Below are positions 11,890-24,990 of a stretch of DNA of 39,905 nt, one piece after another. The notes beneath the pieces were generated by a model. The model worked only from the letters and a program-made list of their open reading frames with translations. It was not told the origin of the DNA and made no database searches. Each line of letters opens with the position of its first letter. The stretch's first letter is position 1. Both the position numbers and the translations under genes were made by a program. This DNA comes from Thelocarpon superellum (lineage: Eukaryota): the NCBI GenBank assembly GCA_026025795.1, contig JAPEUG010000127.1, positions 1 through 39,905 on the forward strand. Reading direction: 5' to 3'.

Positions 11890-12163
11890 ATGGTCGTAAG
11901 GAAGTGGGGTGATGGCTGAGAACAAATCCGGTGGGTGGGATGAGACTTGATGTATTCGAAAATAGAGAATGTATCTGTAGATGAGGGCAGGTCGGTTGAG
12001 ATTACAGTATGTCCGCGGGAAGGCGAACAGGTTGGGTAGGTATCAAAGATGTAAATACAACAGTCCCATCCTCCCGCGTGGTATGCAACATCCAAACACC
12101 CGGCCCAATCGACCCCACAAGTACTCAGAGAAGATCAAGGCCCACGCGCAGCCACGGAGGGAA

Positions 12164-13702
12164 TCACCTCGGCTGGAAATCCTCCTTCCACCCCGCCACG
12201 TCAAACGCGTGATCAACACGCCGAGCCTCCCGCAACAAGGCCTCCATGACGGAGTCCATGCCCGATTCACTCAATGGCACGGGCGCCGCGCCATCCAGAC
12301 ACCAGCGTGGTTCGTCGTGCCTGGTCCACGAGCCGTTGCCAGGAAACGAGACCATGCCGTGCTGCCAGTGCGTGAAGACGCCCAGTTCACGGCTGATGTA
12401 CTGGTCTCTACGCAGGCTGTTGCTCAGCCAGAACAGAGCTCCCGTGCTGTCTGTATGCGCCGCTTGCGCGCCGCAGATCGACCGGGCGCTGCTCGGGGTC
12501 CCAATCGTTCCAGCGTACTCGCTTTGGAAGTGGTAGGGCGTTGATGTCAGTTCTGTGGCGATCCAGTACGTTTCTTTGTCGCCTGTAGCGATGTTGGTAT
12601 GAAGCGATGGGGTGCAGGATGCAGGAAAGGAGGACGACGTACCCCATACTTGATCATACGGATCGGGTCGGATGTCACCCGAGTTCATCCAGGCCGCCAG
12701 TACGGCACTGAGGAAAATGCCGGGTCGTCCCTTGTCCATACACACGACCCCCGATTCCATTTCCATCCGTGCGTTCTCCTTCCACATTAGGCTTTGCTGC
12801 AGCATCGCGCTAGGTTTCCGATCGCCCATTACGGGCTGGAGCCAGTCGCGGATACTATCCGTCAGGAAATCGATGGCACGGTCATGCCAGAACAGCGTGC
12901 CCGTCTCCACCAGTCCGGGCTGAGTCTCAAATACCTCGTCTGGGTTTCGCATGAAGATCACGTCCGCATCCACGAGGATCACCCGCTGGAATCGACTAGC
13001 CAGCAAGGAAAAGGGTTTCAAAGCACACCCCTTATCGAGACGTAGGTCAGGGTCCGGGAAGACTTTGGACACGTCCAGCGGCGTGATGTTCTCCGTCAAC
13101 GCCATCAGCGACTCTTGCCCTTCCTGCGAGAGGTCCTTGTCCCCGTAAAAGGCCAATTCGATGGGGAGCGTTGATTTGAGCACGTGGCGCAGCGTGCGGA
13201 TCAGATGGCCGGCGACGAGCACATTGTTATCCCCCACCGAAATCACGATCCCTGTTGTCTCAGCGTCTGTTCCCTCCGCTTGCTGTGCTGGGTGCCGCCG
13301 CGTCCAGGGCGTATATTTGAGTTTTGTCGCATCCAGCCACGGGAACTGCCAACGGAGGAGATTCTCGAGCGGGCCAGCATCCAGCAACGGTTCAATTTGC
13401 GTGGCCGTTGCCAACTTGATAAAGGCTTTCATCCGCTCAGCCAAGTCGGGCAAGTTGAAGAACTCGACCGGCTCGATCGTCTCCTCCAATTCTCTTCGGG
13501 CCGTCCCCGCCTGTTGTTTGATCATCGGATCGGGAATGCCCGACGCAGTGCGGAAGGGCGCCACGACGCCATAGCCATAAGAGACCACCAAGGACGAGGG
13601 GGTGGCTGGAAATGCCGGGCAGAGGATGAACAGGTACAGGATCGTGAGATATACGGCGACGCTGTAACAGAGCCGGGGAAAGCTCAAAGTGCCTAACAAC
13701 AT
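12164..13702 (-). CDS. Golgi alpha-1,3-mannosyltransferase, GT71 (MNN1/MNT family); exons 13702-12643, 12582-12164
   Basis: Type II N-terminal TM segment. Motifs GIVISVG, LPIELAF, KPFSLLAS, LVDADVIF (DxD), TGTLFWHDR, MESGVVCMDK. Removing the 60-nt intron 12642-12583 (GTACGT..CAG) restores WGDKETYW. Confidence 0.9.
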   Translation of the reverse strand: MLLGTLSFPRLCYSVAVYLTILYLFILCPAFPATPSSLVVSYGYGVVAPFRTASGIPDPMIKQQAGTARRELEETIEPVEFFNLPDLAERMKAFIKLATATQIEPLLDAGPLENLLRWQFPWLDATKLKYTPWTRRHPAQQAEGTDAETTGIVISVGDNNVLVAGHLIRTLRHVLKSTLPIELAFYGDKDLSQEGQESLMALTENITPLDVSKVFPDPDLRLDKGCALKPFSLLASRFQRVILVDADVIFMRNPDEVFETQPGLVETGTLFWHDRAIDFLTDSIRDWLQPVMGDRKPSAMLQQSLMWKENARMEMESGVVCMDKGRPGIFLSAVLAAWMNSGDIRPDPYDQVWGTSSSFPASCTPSLHTNIATGDKETYWIATELTSTPYHFQSEYAGTIGTPSSARSICGAQAAHTDSTGALFWLSNSLRRDQYISRELGVFTHWQHGMVSFPGNGSWTRHDEPRWCLDGAAPVPLSESGMDSVMEALLREARRVDHAFDVAGWKEDFQPR

Positions 13703-15656
13703 CGTAGCCTGGGTCAGTGATCCACGGTGCCTCGACCGGCCACGGTCATATGGTCTTTACCTGAACCTTGCTGCGGTCGGCACGGGGGGGCGCTCCATGA
13801 TATAAGAAACAACGCCACCCCGTCATGGTAGGTCACCGTCGTCTCCTGGGGTGGCGAGCATGAAATCGAGCATTTCCAGTGGGCGAGAGGAGGACCCAAT
13901 GCAAAGGCAGCTAAAAGCTTGGTCTAGCATGCATAAGGAGGAAGGATGCATCTTCATGCCTAGGATCAACGCTGTCGTAGTGCGAACACGTTCTCCCTCC
14001 CCATCCTTCCGGCAATTCAACAAAGGGTGAGTGGCAAAGAGATGAAGCTATGCTACGAACGGCGCGTGTCAGATAGGAGACGATGCGGGGAATCCCGCTC
14101 GACGCACGGCCTGTTCGTATCGTGGATCAGGAGGCGAGACGTGGACAAGAGACCTCGAGCAGTTTGCCAGGCCTGTCTTGTGCCAAGGAATGTGCACATG
14201 GACCAGGCACAATCCGTACGTAATCTGCGTGTCTGCGGTCTGATGAGCGATCACGGTGGAGCTGGCTCGAGAACAACAGCCGCTCTCGGCCTGTATGTAT
14301 TGTGTGGGAGGCTCTCGGAACGTAGGGCTGTCTTGCACAGGAACAAGTACGAGGTGCTCCTAACGACTGACTACTAGCCATAACTTGTCCTGACTAGCAG
14401 TCACTCGTTGTGCGATTAAATGCCGAGCTTGGTCATCGGATAGCAGCAACTGCGGGGACCTGAGAGCCACCAGTACTCATGGGCGCTCATCCATGACCAG
14501 TTCCGCTGCTGTTGGTGGGGTCAGCTTGCGGCCCGCCCTCGGTGGGACCCATCGTGGCTCTCGAAGAGCGCTGACCCGTCCACGCCATAGACGCCTTCGT
14601 ATCACTACCTGTACCTGACAGAGCCGCTCGCGTTGTGGCTGTCGAGAGCCAGCTTACGTCCCCGCCACGCGAAGACCACAGTTGTCATGGTGGCCAATCT
14701 CGAAGCCGGTTATGATCATCTATGCCATTGCATCCCACATAGTGTCAATGCTGATTTGGTGCAAGCGCAGTACATACAGACTCTACGCACGACCGCTCTC
14801 CCTCATGGCTCTCCATAATCAACCGTGTTCTAAACTCTGCAAAACTCTTCCTGATACCGCGGTCATCACATACCGCAGGACTCCTCAGGCAAACCAGGGG
14901 GGCTGAAAATAGGGAACGATAATCGCGATACGACCAAGATGACATGGTTCAATGCTGATTCTTCGTCTTCTGTCTAACTGGGTTGTTGTTCCGTATGCTC
15001 CACATGCTCTATACCCCTTCAAGCACCGGCAGAGGGCCGGTCATACCTCATCTTGCCGGTACAGCTCCTGTGACTGGTCCTGGTGGTAGTGATCAGGCTT
15101 GGGCAACCGGCAGTCTGCATTCTCGATGCACGATTCCTAGGCAACCGAAATGGTTTGGAGTGTAGCTAGCTCTAGCTCTAGCAAGGCGCACCGAGCATCG
15201 ATCGCCTAGTCTCCTTGGCCCTTTCGTCGTTGGAACGGACAACAGAGATAGCTGTAAGCCACAGCAGATAGAGGCCAATCAAGACAACGCAAGCGAATCG
15301 AGGTGAACCCTGTGAGCACCCGTGCGAGCGACCTAGGTGCCCACATGCAGACACCGAACACCGTGCCCCATTTGTGACCCTCTGATCTTCCGCCCGCATT
15401 CATGCTTGCTGATCATAGGTAGGCTCCGAGCACGGTTGCCAGAGAACCTCGTTGCATGAGACGGCTAGAAAGGCCAGCCAGAAAACAGGGAATGGACCAC
15501 GTCCAGCATCGTTGTGGGAGGAAAGGCCGACCAGACGCCACGCCAATAGCAAAAGAAGGACCCCGTCATCGCAGCCGTAACATACGCAATACACAGGGAA
15601 AAGGAATCGTCACGTGTTGAGCCACCAGTGACACGCATGGATTCTCACATCAAGGC

Positions 15657-18600
15657 TCACGGTGTCGCGTCGTCGCTGTGCATGCTGCCCAACTTCGGCG
15701 CTTTGGGCGTGGCGTCGATGTCCATCGCCACGTCGGCCACAGTATCGCCAGGCGCACGAGGGAAGATCTCCGGAGGCGTGATGGTCGCACAGAGCTCCCT
15801 CTCCTCCTCGTCCGCCTTGGTCCGGTCGGGGGCCGGGAGTGAGACGTCCGAGGTAGAGACGACACTGCCACGACTGTTGGTCCGCATCATCTCCACCCCC
15901 AGTCTCGAGCTACGCTGCGCCCGACTATGCGGACTGCGCGACCGCACGTTACCCAGCTCTTCGTCCTCGTCGTCGCCCGATTCGCCACCTTGGAATCGCT
16001 TCAAGTGCACGCCGTCGCGCTTGGTCCTAATTTTCTCCGTCGACCGTTGACGCTCCAACGGCTTGGACGGCAGCGCGGCCGGTGCCGATTGCTGCTGCAC
16101 CAGGTGCGGCGGCGCCTTGGTCTCCGTCAACGCCTCCTCTGAGATGCCCAGTCCCGTTTCGGCCCAGTCGTCGGGGTGTCGGTTGATGATGACCGGCATT
16201 TCTTCCGCCACGATGGAGTCGGCGTCGCCGAAGAAGCTTGAGCTGATAGAATCCTCGCGCGACGAGCCTCGGAAGGTGGTGCCGGGCATGTGGGCGAAGC
16301 CCGACGAGGCCGAGCTGGGACTGTCCTCAGACCGCACCGACTCTTGCCGCAGGCCCGACCCCGGCACGCCCGTCGGATACGTCGGGTAGACCCCAGGTGG
16401 GAGCGGCTTCCAATGGCACAGCCGCGACATGACCTCCGTCAGCTTACCCACCGTTGGCGGCTTCTCGATCATGGCGTCGAAGTGGTGCGGTGCCTGCAAC
16501 TCTTTCAGGTAGCCCGTCACCGCCACAATGGGCGTCTGCGAGTTGACGTTCTTTGTGTCACGGATCATGCGGGCCACATCGGCCCCGTTGATCCGCGGCA
16601 GCTTAAACTCCATCATGATGATGTCAAACTTGACGTCGCTCATCGCGAACCGCGTCGCCTCGTCGCCGTTGCCCACGGTAATGGTCCGACATCGCAACTT
16701 CTCCAGCAGCGCCTCCATGACCAGGCGCGAGACCGGATGGTCCTCGCAGATGAGCACATCCAATGGACGGAAGATGGGCCCTTCGTTGACGTTGATCTGC
16801 GAGAGGCGCCGCGAGCTCTGCCGCCGTCGTTGCACGCGGAGTAAGGCGTTGGTGCGCGTATCCTCATTGTCTGAGGACGACGGAGACATGTCGAAGACGC
16901 CGCTGCGTCGTTTCTGATCGACGAATCGTTCCTTGGCCGGACTCTCGCCATCCTGCGATCCGACGGTGTGAGAGCGCGCGCGCGACACCGGCCCGCTGCG
17001 GGGGGGAAGCGCTTTCTGCGGAGAAGTGATGAGGGGAACCGTCGCGCGCCCCTGTTTGATGGGCGATGTTGCCAGGCCCGCCATCTTGGAGCCGGACGTG
17101 AGGCGTGGCGCCTCGAAGAGGCTACCTGGCTGCAGAGAGGACGTGCTCGACGTCTTCCGGCGTTCGCCCGTCGGGCCCGAAGTGAAGGTGATCAGGAGGG
17201 GCGACGACGGTTGCGACACTCGGCTCGGCGACGAGCCAGCTTGACTCATGGCCGACGGCGAGGCCGGCCTATTGTTGCTCTTCGACGTCGAGATCTGCCG
17301 CTTGAGCGTCATCGGGAGGACCGGGCTGTTCTCAAGCGACGGCGCCGGCGACGGACCGGCCGAGGTCGTACCTGTCGGCAGGTTCTTGACTTGGGCCTGC
17401 ATCGCCTCGGCTCGGAGCTTCTGAATCACGTCTTTGTTCGCCTTCTCCAGCACCGGCAGGTTCTTGAAGGCGAACGAGCCAAAGTCGTCGGCGCCTACTG
17501 GCTCGCTGAGCCGGCGACTGCGGCTCTCTCGCACATGCGACGGGATGTGCAGCGGCATCAATGTGCGCTTGATCGAGTTGACGTGGGTGCGCACTTTGGA
17601 TAGGACATCGTGTGGTCGCGTGGGCATCTCTGCGCCCGGCGTGTCGGCGGGCGACGACGTCGCCTCTTCCTCGGCGAAGGCTTGGAGAGTGGCGCCCCGC
17701 GCGTCAAAGTACTCCGTATTCTCTGGATCGTCCGAGGCTGGCACAAACTGCGCCTCGTCCTGCAGCAGCGTATCCCAGTTAATGTCGTGGAACCACGGAT
17801 GTCGCTGGACCTCTTCGCCACCACATGAGAAGCGGTCGTGAGCGTTAGCGCCCAGGCGCTCCTGCGGGTTGAGGCACATGAGCCGGTTCATCAAGTCTTT
17901 CGCCTCGGCCGAGACCGGCATCGCGTCTTCCTCGGGCCAGTCGATCTTGCGTTCGAGGATGTTGGAGAAGACCTGCTCTGGTGTGTTGGCATGGAAGGGC
18001 GGGTAGCCGTACAGAAACTCGAACAAGATGCAGCCGAGGGACCACCAATCACTCATCTCATCCTGGCCCACGCCGTTGATGGTCTCGGGCGCTAGGTAGT
18101 CGGGGGTTCCCACGAATCGTCGCGTGCTGTCTTCGGGGTCAAACAGCGCCATGGGCGGTGGCATCATGCTCGGCGTCGCAGCCGACGTCGGCGGAGCTAC
18201 GTCGAGCGTGACGCTTGTGTGGCTATGGGCGTGATGCAGAGACCACGTCTCGGGCGAGCCGCTCCCGTCGCTGTACGGCTGGGACTCCTCTTCCGACGCA
18301 CTCCGTCGCGGCGGGCCCGCAGGTGCCGGAATAGGATCGCTGAGGGTGAAGTTACCCAACATCGCGTGGAGAGACTCACTGCCACCGCTGTCGCTGCGGT
18401 GTCCCGACGCGTGACCTGAGTGTTCGCGTCCCACGGACTTTTCGCGGCCCAGGGTAAAGTAGGAAGGGAAGCCGCCGCGACCGAGGTCGGGCGTCATCTG
18501 CGGCGTCGAGACGGGCGACGGATGGCCCTGCATGTCGAAGGATGTCGAGCGAGAGGAGGCCACAGAGGCGGGGGGAACGGCGAACGGGCCTTGTTTGAGG

Positions 18601-21370
18601 AGGTCCGGCGCCGAGTCATTGGCCTGATTCTCGAGCACGCGCTTCTGGCGCCCAATCAGGCCCATGCGTGACAGGCCAAAGTCGGTGAGTTTGAGGTGCC
18701 CGGTCTGGTCGATGAGGAGATTGTCGGGTTTGAGGTCACGGTGCACGATGCCTCGACCGTGCAGATGCTCCAGGCCAAGCACAACCTCGGCGAGGTACTT
18801 CTTGGCCCAGTGCTCAGGCAGGCCGCCCAAGACTTTGGTGAGCGAGGCACAGTCGCCGCCATTCAGATACTCCATGACAAGGTAGAGGTACTCCTTGCTG
18901 GAGAAAGTCCAGTACAGCTTGGCGACGAAGTCGCTCTCGCCCTGCCACATCATGATGGCACGCTCCGCTTTGACGTTGGTCACCTGATTCTTGGCCACCA
19001 TGTCGGCCTTCTTGAGCACCTTGATGGCAAAATAGTCGCCCGTCGATTTCTTCTTGGAGAGGTAGACGCTACCAAAGGCGCCCTTGCTGATGGGTTTGAT
19101 GATCTCAAAGTCCTTGATGGACGGCGCCACCGCCTTGGCCTGCGGCTGGCTCGTCATGAGCCGCGGCGAGAGCGGCGGCCGCACGTCGGTGGATGCCGAC
19201 GTCGTCGTGGACGATTGTCGCTTGTGGTGCAACACGAGGCCGGCGGGAGACGCGAGCTCGCTGCCCAAGACGGGCGAGGTCAGCGGTGAGTGGATGGCGT
19301 CGAGCACCTCGCCGAACGGTGGCTTGCCCATGCGCAGCGGAGACGGCGGTGGCATAACGCGACCCGGCGATTGTTGTCGGTGCGGAGACGAGGTGCCGGA
19401 CAAGGCGATGCTGCGGCGATGGCGGTCGCGGGTGCTCGTCGCCCGGCGGATGGTTGCATCGGGCCGGGGAGATTCTGTGCGGCGCGAGTCGAACATGATG
19501 GGTGACCGTACGCTGCCGTCACTGTCGCCCGCATCGCTCTCGAAGTACATGGATGATCGTTTCGAGCGGAGTGAGGGGTGCCCGGCCTGGTGGATGGAGA
19601 TGGAATCACGCAGCGAGCGCGGTGTAGCCGATTCTCGAGGGCTGCTGGAGCGGGCCGAGGGACTCGCAGACGGTCGACGACCCCCACGCACGCTCAGGGA
19701 GGATTCGGACACTTGACGCAAGGCCCGCGCTAACGAGGAGGAGCCGTCAAAGGATCCTGCAAACATGGCGGGTTCCTCGTGATTCACACTCCCGCCGTCC
19801 TCCGCCTCGTCGTCTTCCTCCTCCTCCGCTTCCTCCGTGTCCTCGTCCTCTTCGCGATCGCGCTCAGCCTCGTGTGCGTCTCCCTGGATCTCCGAGGCTT
19901 TGTGCATAGCCTCGTCAATGAGCTCTTGCACAAGGAGACTGAACTCGACGCGGATGCGTTCCGAATACTCGAGGATGCGTCGATGGCGCAGGACAGCATC
20001 GATCTTGGCGCGGGTGGCGGCCTCAGTGTCCGCACAGAGGGCGGCCAGGCCGGGCTCTTGGTCCAGCGTTGCCGTGCTAGGTTTCTGCCACGTGAGCACT
20101 TGCGAGACATTCGCCTCGGACGTCGGCGATTGGGTGCGAATGGCTTCCGCTGGGTCTTGCGTATCCTTGATGGCGGGTGTGTTGACCTCGATCGCGGTGT
20201 CGCAGAGATCGAGGACGATCTCAACGACCCGGGACAGGGGGCGACGAAGGGCGATAGAACGCGCGCGAGTATGCCCAAGCGGCGAGGGAGACTTGTCGCG
20301 CGAGCGTGCCCGGGAGGCCAGCGGTGACGCCGTGCCGGAGGTGTTGGATGACTGGTTGGTGGAGGAGCCAATGGGCATCCCCTTGTATTCGGGCTGGGGT
20401 GCGACCATGACTGCAATCTCTCCGGACGTAGGGCGACCGGTGCGGGCCTCGAGGCCCTCTAAGACCTTGACGATGAGGTTGCGGTGCTCGGTGAGAGCCT
20501 CGTGGGCCAACTGCACCTCCATCTCGGCGCGGTGCTCTTGCATGCATAGTTCCGTGTGCTTCTCGAACCACCACGGCGGGACATGGCGCTCGCAGATTCG
20601 GCATAAGACGGGGGCCGGTGGGGTGACGTTGGCGGGACCCTGATCCTCGGGCCCGGGCTCGGTCAAGGCGGTGAGATAACCGGCCAGGACTTCAGCGCCG
20701 ACGCCAAGCGACTCGACGAGGAGCGATGGGAGGTCCATGGTGACTTCACGCGGCTCTACCGAGGGCCGTAGCATCCACATGGTCTGTGAGGCATCAGCCA
20801 GCAGTCGTAGAAGATAGGAGCACGTGGCGAGGGCTTGCGGGAAATTTGACTTACGTGACTCTCGGCGCCTGTCTCACGATCGTAGACCATGATGCCCTGG
20901 CCTTCAAGAATGAGGGTGTCGGCCTCTCCCATCTGCTCGGCGCCTTGATCCTCTGGTGCCTCTCTCGGGGTGGTCGGGTCGAGGGGTTCGGGGGCCAACT
21001 TCGAGGCGGGGCCCATGAGGACCGAGACGCGTAGGCGCTGACTCCGGGAGCCATCCTGCTTCATGGACTCGACGGCTTCGGTGAAGGCGGTCTTGTGATC
21101 GAGGACGAGGTCGGCGATGAGTCGGCCACGGACAAGCTCGGGGGGCGTTCCCACCACCTCCTCCCACGACGGGCTGACCCAGCGGACGACGCCATCTAGG
21201 CTGACGTCGAGGATGACGTTCAGATTCTGTTCTGCGGCTTCCTTGAGGTCTTCTCGCTCCTCCTGGATATCTTGGCTCATGGTACGCTCCATCTGGCCCT
21301 GGATTGGTGGAGCATTCTGGCTTGCTTCTTCCTTTAGCGCCGTCACGGCGGGAGGGGCGAGGGCATCCAT
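15657..21370 (-). CDS. RIM15: Rim15/Cek1 (Greatwall-like) Ser/Thr kinase with PAS, C2HC zinc finger, split kinase and receiver domains; exons 21370-20855, 20783-15657
   Basis: PAS-like region (VRWVSPSWEEVVG). Zinc finger CRICER..HTELC. Kinase motifs SKGAFGSV, HRDLKPDN, DFGLS, then a long insert before FVGTPDYLAPE. C-terminal REC domain (LICEDHPVS..DIIMME..IVAVTG..KP). Intron 20854-20784 GTAAGT..CAG. Confidence 0.95.
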
Positions 21371-23470
21371 GCTTGTCCCTCACGACAGGCGGGGCGCGTT
21401 CACGTCGAGGACGTCCAGACGGCAGCCTGGATGATCGTGTCCGGCTACGGTCATGGGTTCGAGGGCCCAAATATTTGGTGTTTGAGTTGGTGCTGGATGT
21501 TGCCGTCTCGGGGGGAGGCCGAGCACCGTCCCGGGTCAGCGACGGGGTCGTCGCGGGTCCATCCTCGTGGCGGTTGGAGGTGACGGCAGTGGCCCAGCGT
21601 GACGAGGAATGTGCGAGGTGACGCAAGGACGCGGGTGAGTGCTTCGGGTGTTCTTGTGGGTGTGTCGCTCAGTACCAATGCGTCCGATCAACACCACGAT
21701 GGCAGTGGTGGAGGGGCAGGCGTGGAGGGTGGAGAGACGACGGATGGGGAACGAGAGGTGCGGCACCCCAGGGGTGAATGAGTGTATGGGCCGATGGGTG
21801 GAGAATGGGAGGCCGGCGATGGGCGGTGCGTGCCGGAAGAAGGGAGTTACGACGACAATGACGATGATAGCGAGCACTCGCGGTCGATCACTCCGCCGCG
21901 GCGTCGGCTGAGATTGGGGTGGGGAGAGACGAAGGAATGGAATCTTTCTGCAGTGGCGCGTGTGCACTGCGCGGACTGGCAAAGTTGGCGGTAGCGCGAC
22001 GAGAGTCGTGGAGGGGTAAACTCTGGGACTATGCCGGAGCCAGCAACGGCACCAGCCCAGCGTCAGTCCAGCGGCCCCAGCGTCACTCAGCACTCCAGCA
22101 AATCCCAGCACACTCGGCCCTAACCTCCGCCGGAATATGGCATAGCACTCCCAGCAGATGGTGAAGTGAGCTGCGGCAGTGAGGTCCGGGTGGCATCGCT
22201 ACCAGCACTCCGCCTCCGTTCCTCCTTCCTACGCGTTCGCTATCTACCACGAGTGTGTACTCGTACCGGCCTGCCTCTCGTCGTCCAGTCTCGCGCCTAG
22301 CCCTGCTCCCCTCTAACTTAGTTCCTTGGTAGTTCCACGTCCCTTAGTTCTAAGTGGGGACCAGTCCTCACGCGGAGGACGACGCAGTCGGTGGAGCAGA
22401 CAAGCCACCAATGGTAAGAGGCGGCCCAAGATAGAGCAACAACCAGGACACCCGGGCTTGGCGCAAAGTGGCAGTGCGCGACGACGCTCGTCTCGACGAG
22501 CCCGGCGGACGCTGGGCGCTCGCTCAGCAACTCGTACCGCATGGGTCATGGTAACCGCTGACGAAGCGAGCAAAGCGAGAAGCGAACAGTCGGACGAGCC
22601 CTCGAAGGGAGTAGCTCGCCGAAGCGACTTCCCCCCCTCCTTGTCATCCCCACCATCATCGTCGCGACGACACTTGCGCCGACGGTCCGGCGCCGACGTT
22701 GGCGAGGATGGGCAAGCGAAGACGCCCTAGACACGTTGGCTCCAGCCCGCTCAAATGCTCATTCATCATCCATCATTTCGCAGCGCTCCCACCCACCCAC
22801 CCACACCGGCACCCATGCGTCCTCATCCGGTCGACGTACCACCCTCTGGCTCGCATCGTACAACGCTCTTCTTGCGTTTGCGTGTGCGTGTACTTGTAAA
22901 CTTGCGTCTCAAGCCTAGTCGTAGGCACGTCCGCGTCCTGCTCTTTCCCAAAGAGTTCCAACGGCAGACGCACGAAACATACATTGTGATGGCAATGCCC
23001 ATGATTTCGCTTGTCAAAACGTCCCCAACCGCGTGACCATGACTGAGAAGATGTAATAGCCCGACCAGCTGTGATGCAAGTAGTCCTCACGGGCAGGAGC
23101 AGAGACGATTGTCCGGCGTCCAGGGACGAGTAGAAACACCAACACCCTTGCATGGGCGCGACAAGACTGCGCTGGCGACCTTGTTTCACCATGGTGGCGG
23201 AGCTCGCCGCGCTCGGCGTATGGTAAGCAGTCCCAGTGGCACATTACCTGGGGACCATGATGGCTTTGTCCCCCACCAGGCCGGGCCGGGCACCGCGTTC
23301 CTCGTCTGCACGAATGCATCATGTCCTTCCCGGCGGTGACACGACGACGACGTCTGCCACCTCCTATTCGTCGCGAGATCCTTCGGGTACGCGTCAGATG
23401 ACGGCATGCGGTATGTGCTCGTACGAACACCTGAGTAGGAGAGCGGATCCAGGGTCTATCGCCGCCTGAA

Positions 23471-23512
23471 TCGGCATCGGCATGGCATCGGCATGGCATC
23501 GGCATCGGCATC
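23471..23512. repeat. Imperfect (GGCATC/GGCAT)n microsatellite
   Basis: tcggcatcggcatggcatcggcatggcatcggcatcggcatc. Confidence 0.85.
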
Positions 23513-24086
23513 GAGTGAGGCAACCCAACGGCAGGCGAGCATGACCGATGCGCGCACAGGACGTGGCATGTTTTCCAAGCTTCCCTCGTAGGAGGATCTC
23601 ACCGTCGGATCAGTAGTCTGTCATCGTTCTGTTCGTGGCGTCTATCCTTGTACAGGCGTGGCGGGTCATCTCTTGCCGCCAAGCCCGTGGAATGCATCAG
23701 GGTCCAGGGCGCATTCGCTTGCGGTCGCAGCATGAAGGTGCACCCGAGACGCTTGTTGACCCACCGCCGATCCAACATCCCTCGATGAAGTACGGGCCCG
23801 CCGTCACCTGAAAATGCTGGGAATCAATGGGAATGCGTGCAAGCAGCGCTGCAATACCGACCGTGCTGCGTCACCTACGATCCCCGCTCGCATTCCATCC
23901 CCCGTTCATCCCCACCTGACCACCCATCTATCTTCCATATGCGCATACCAACGCGTCAGCGATCATTCTGCCCCGCGCCCAGGAATCATCCACACGCGCT
24001 GACAGGAAGTGCGGGCTAGCGCGCCGGTGCATCGCCATCTGGACCGCGATACTTCCCCCCATCTGTGTCAAGCCTGACGCAGAATT

Positions 24087-24100
24087 GGGGGGGGGGGGGG
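24087..24100 (+). repeat. Poly-G tract (14 nt)
   Basis: Directly visible; further G runs follow. Confidence 0.9.
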
Positions 24101-24966
24101 TCGAAGGGGGACGGATAGGAAAAGGTTGGGGCACACGCTACTCTGCCGAGCGCAGCCAATGTTCTTCGGGGCGAACAGCTAAGGCCCGGTCATGCCTTGT
24201 TAGTGCTCCTAGTGCCGTCGGCTGCGTCGATTTGTGGGGTAGGTGCCTTAGGCAAAGGTCTCGTGACGGACTGGCGGAAAAAAGCATCCCATCACCTGCC
24301 CGGGTTTGCAGTCCCGCGGTACGGTTGTGCTGGACGAGTACCTCGCCCGGGTCAACTCTACTCGAGTACTTCCAGCGCACGCGTCCCTTCCTGAAGACCT
24401 AGCTAGGGTAGAATCTATCTAGGTAGGGGTAGGAGTCCCCCCGTCGTACCTTGTTTCTCCGGGCAATAGGGCCGGGACCGTCCGTTGGCGCTCTTCCTGT
24501 TCGTTTTCGCGACCACAATAATCATTTGAGAAAGCTTCCCGTTACCATCCCTCCTTTTTGTCAACCCACGCGCTCGTCCTCCCTGCTTCCATCTCTTCCC
24601 TCGTCTGCGCACGAGTCTGTCTCGCCCCTGTGTACCTATTCGTAGATGAATGAACGCCAAGCGATGCCTATCCATGCCACGCCTGCGGCGTCGCGGCGTC
24701 TGATGTCTGACGGCTGCATCACCACCCGACCATCGCAAACTAGCGCAGACCTGCTCGCCCACGAGGACATCCGGAACCACTACTCCCTTGTCGTTAGCAT
24801 TACCGCCTATGTTACCTAACACAGCTGCTCCTAGCGCGAGCTCTGGAGTAGCATCTCGTCACTGTTACTCATAGTCCGAGATCTGGAACAGCGCCTACTT
24901 TTCTTAGTCGCAGGACCTTCAATCGGACGATGGGTTGCCAATGGAAATGGCAAGAGTTGTGGTAAT

Positions 24967-24990
24967 GGCAACGGCAACGGCAACGGCAAC
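24967..24990. repeat. (GGCAAC)4 microsatellite
   Basis: Directly visible. Confidence 0.85.

Noticed and set aside
15628..21434. Many long plus-strand ORFs antisense to RIM15 (and similar ones over RAD53, NSR1, ALG6 and NUS1)
   Set aside because: Shadow ORFs caused by high GC3 codon bias; no independent protein features.
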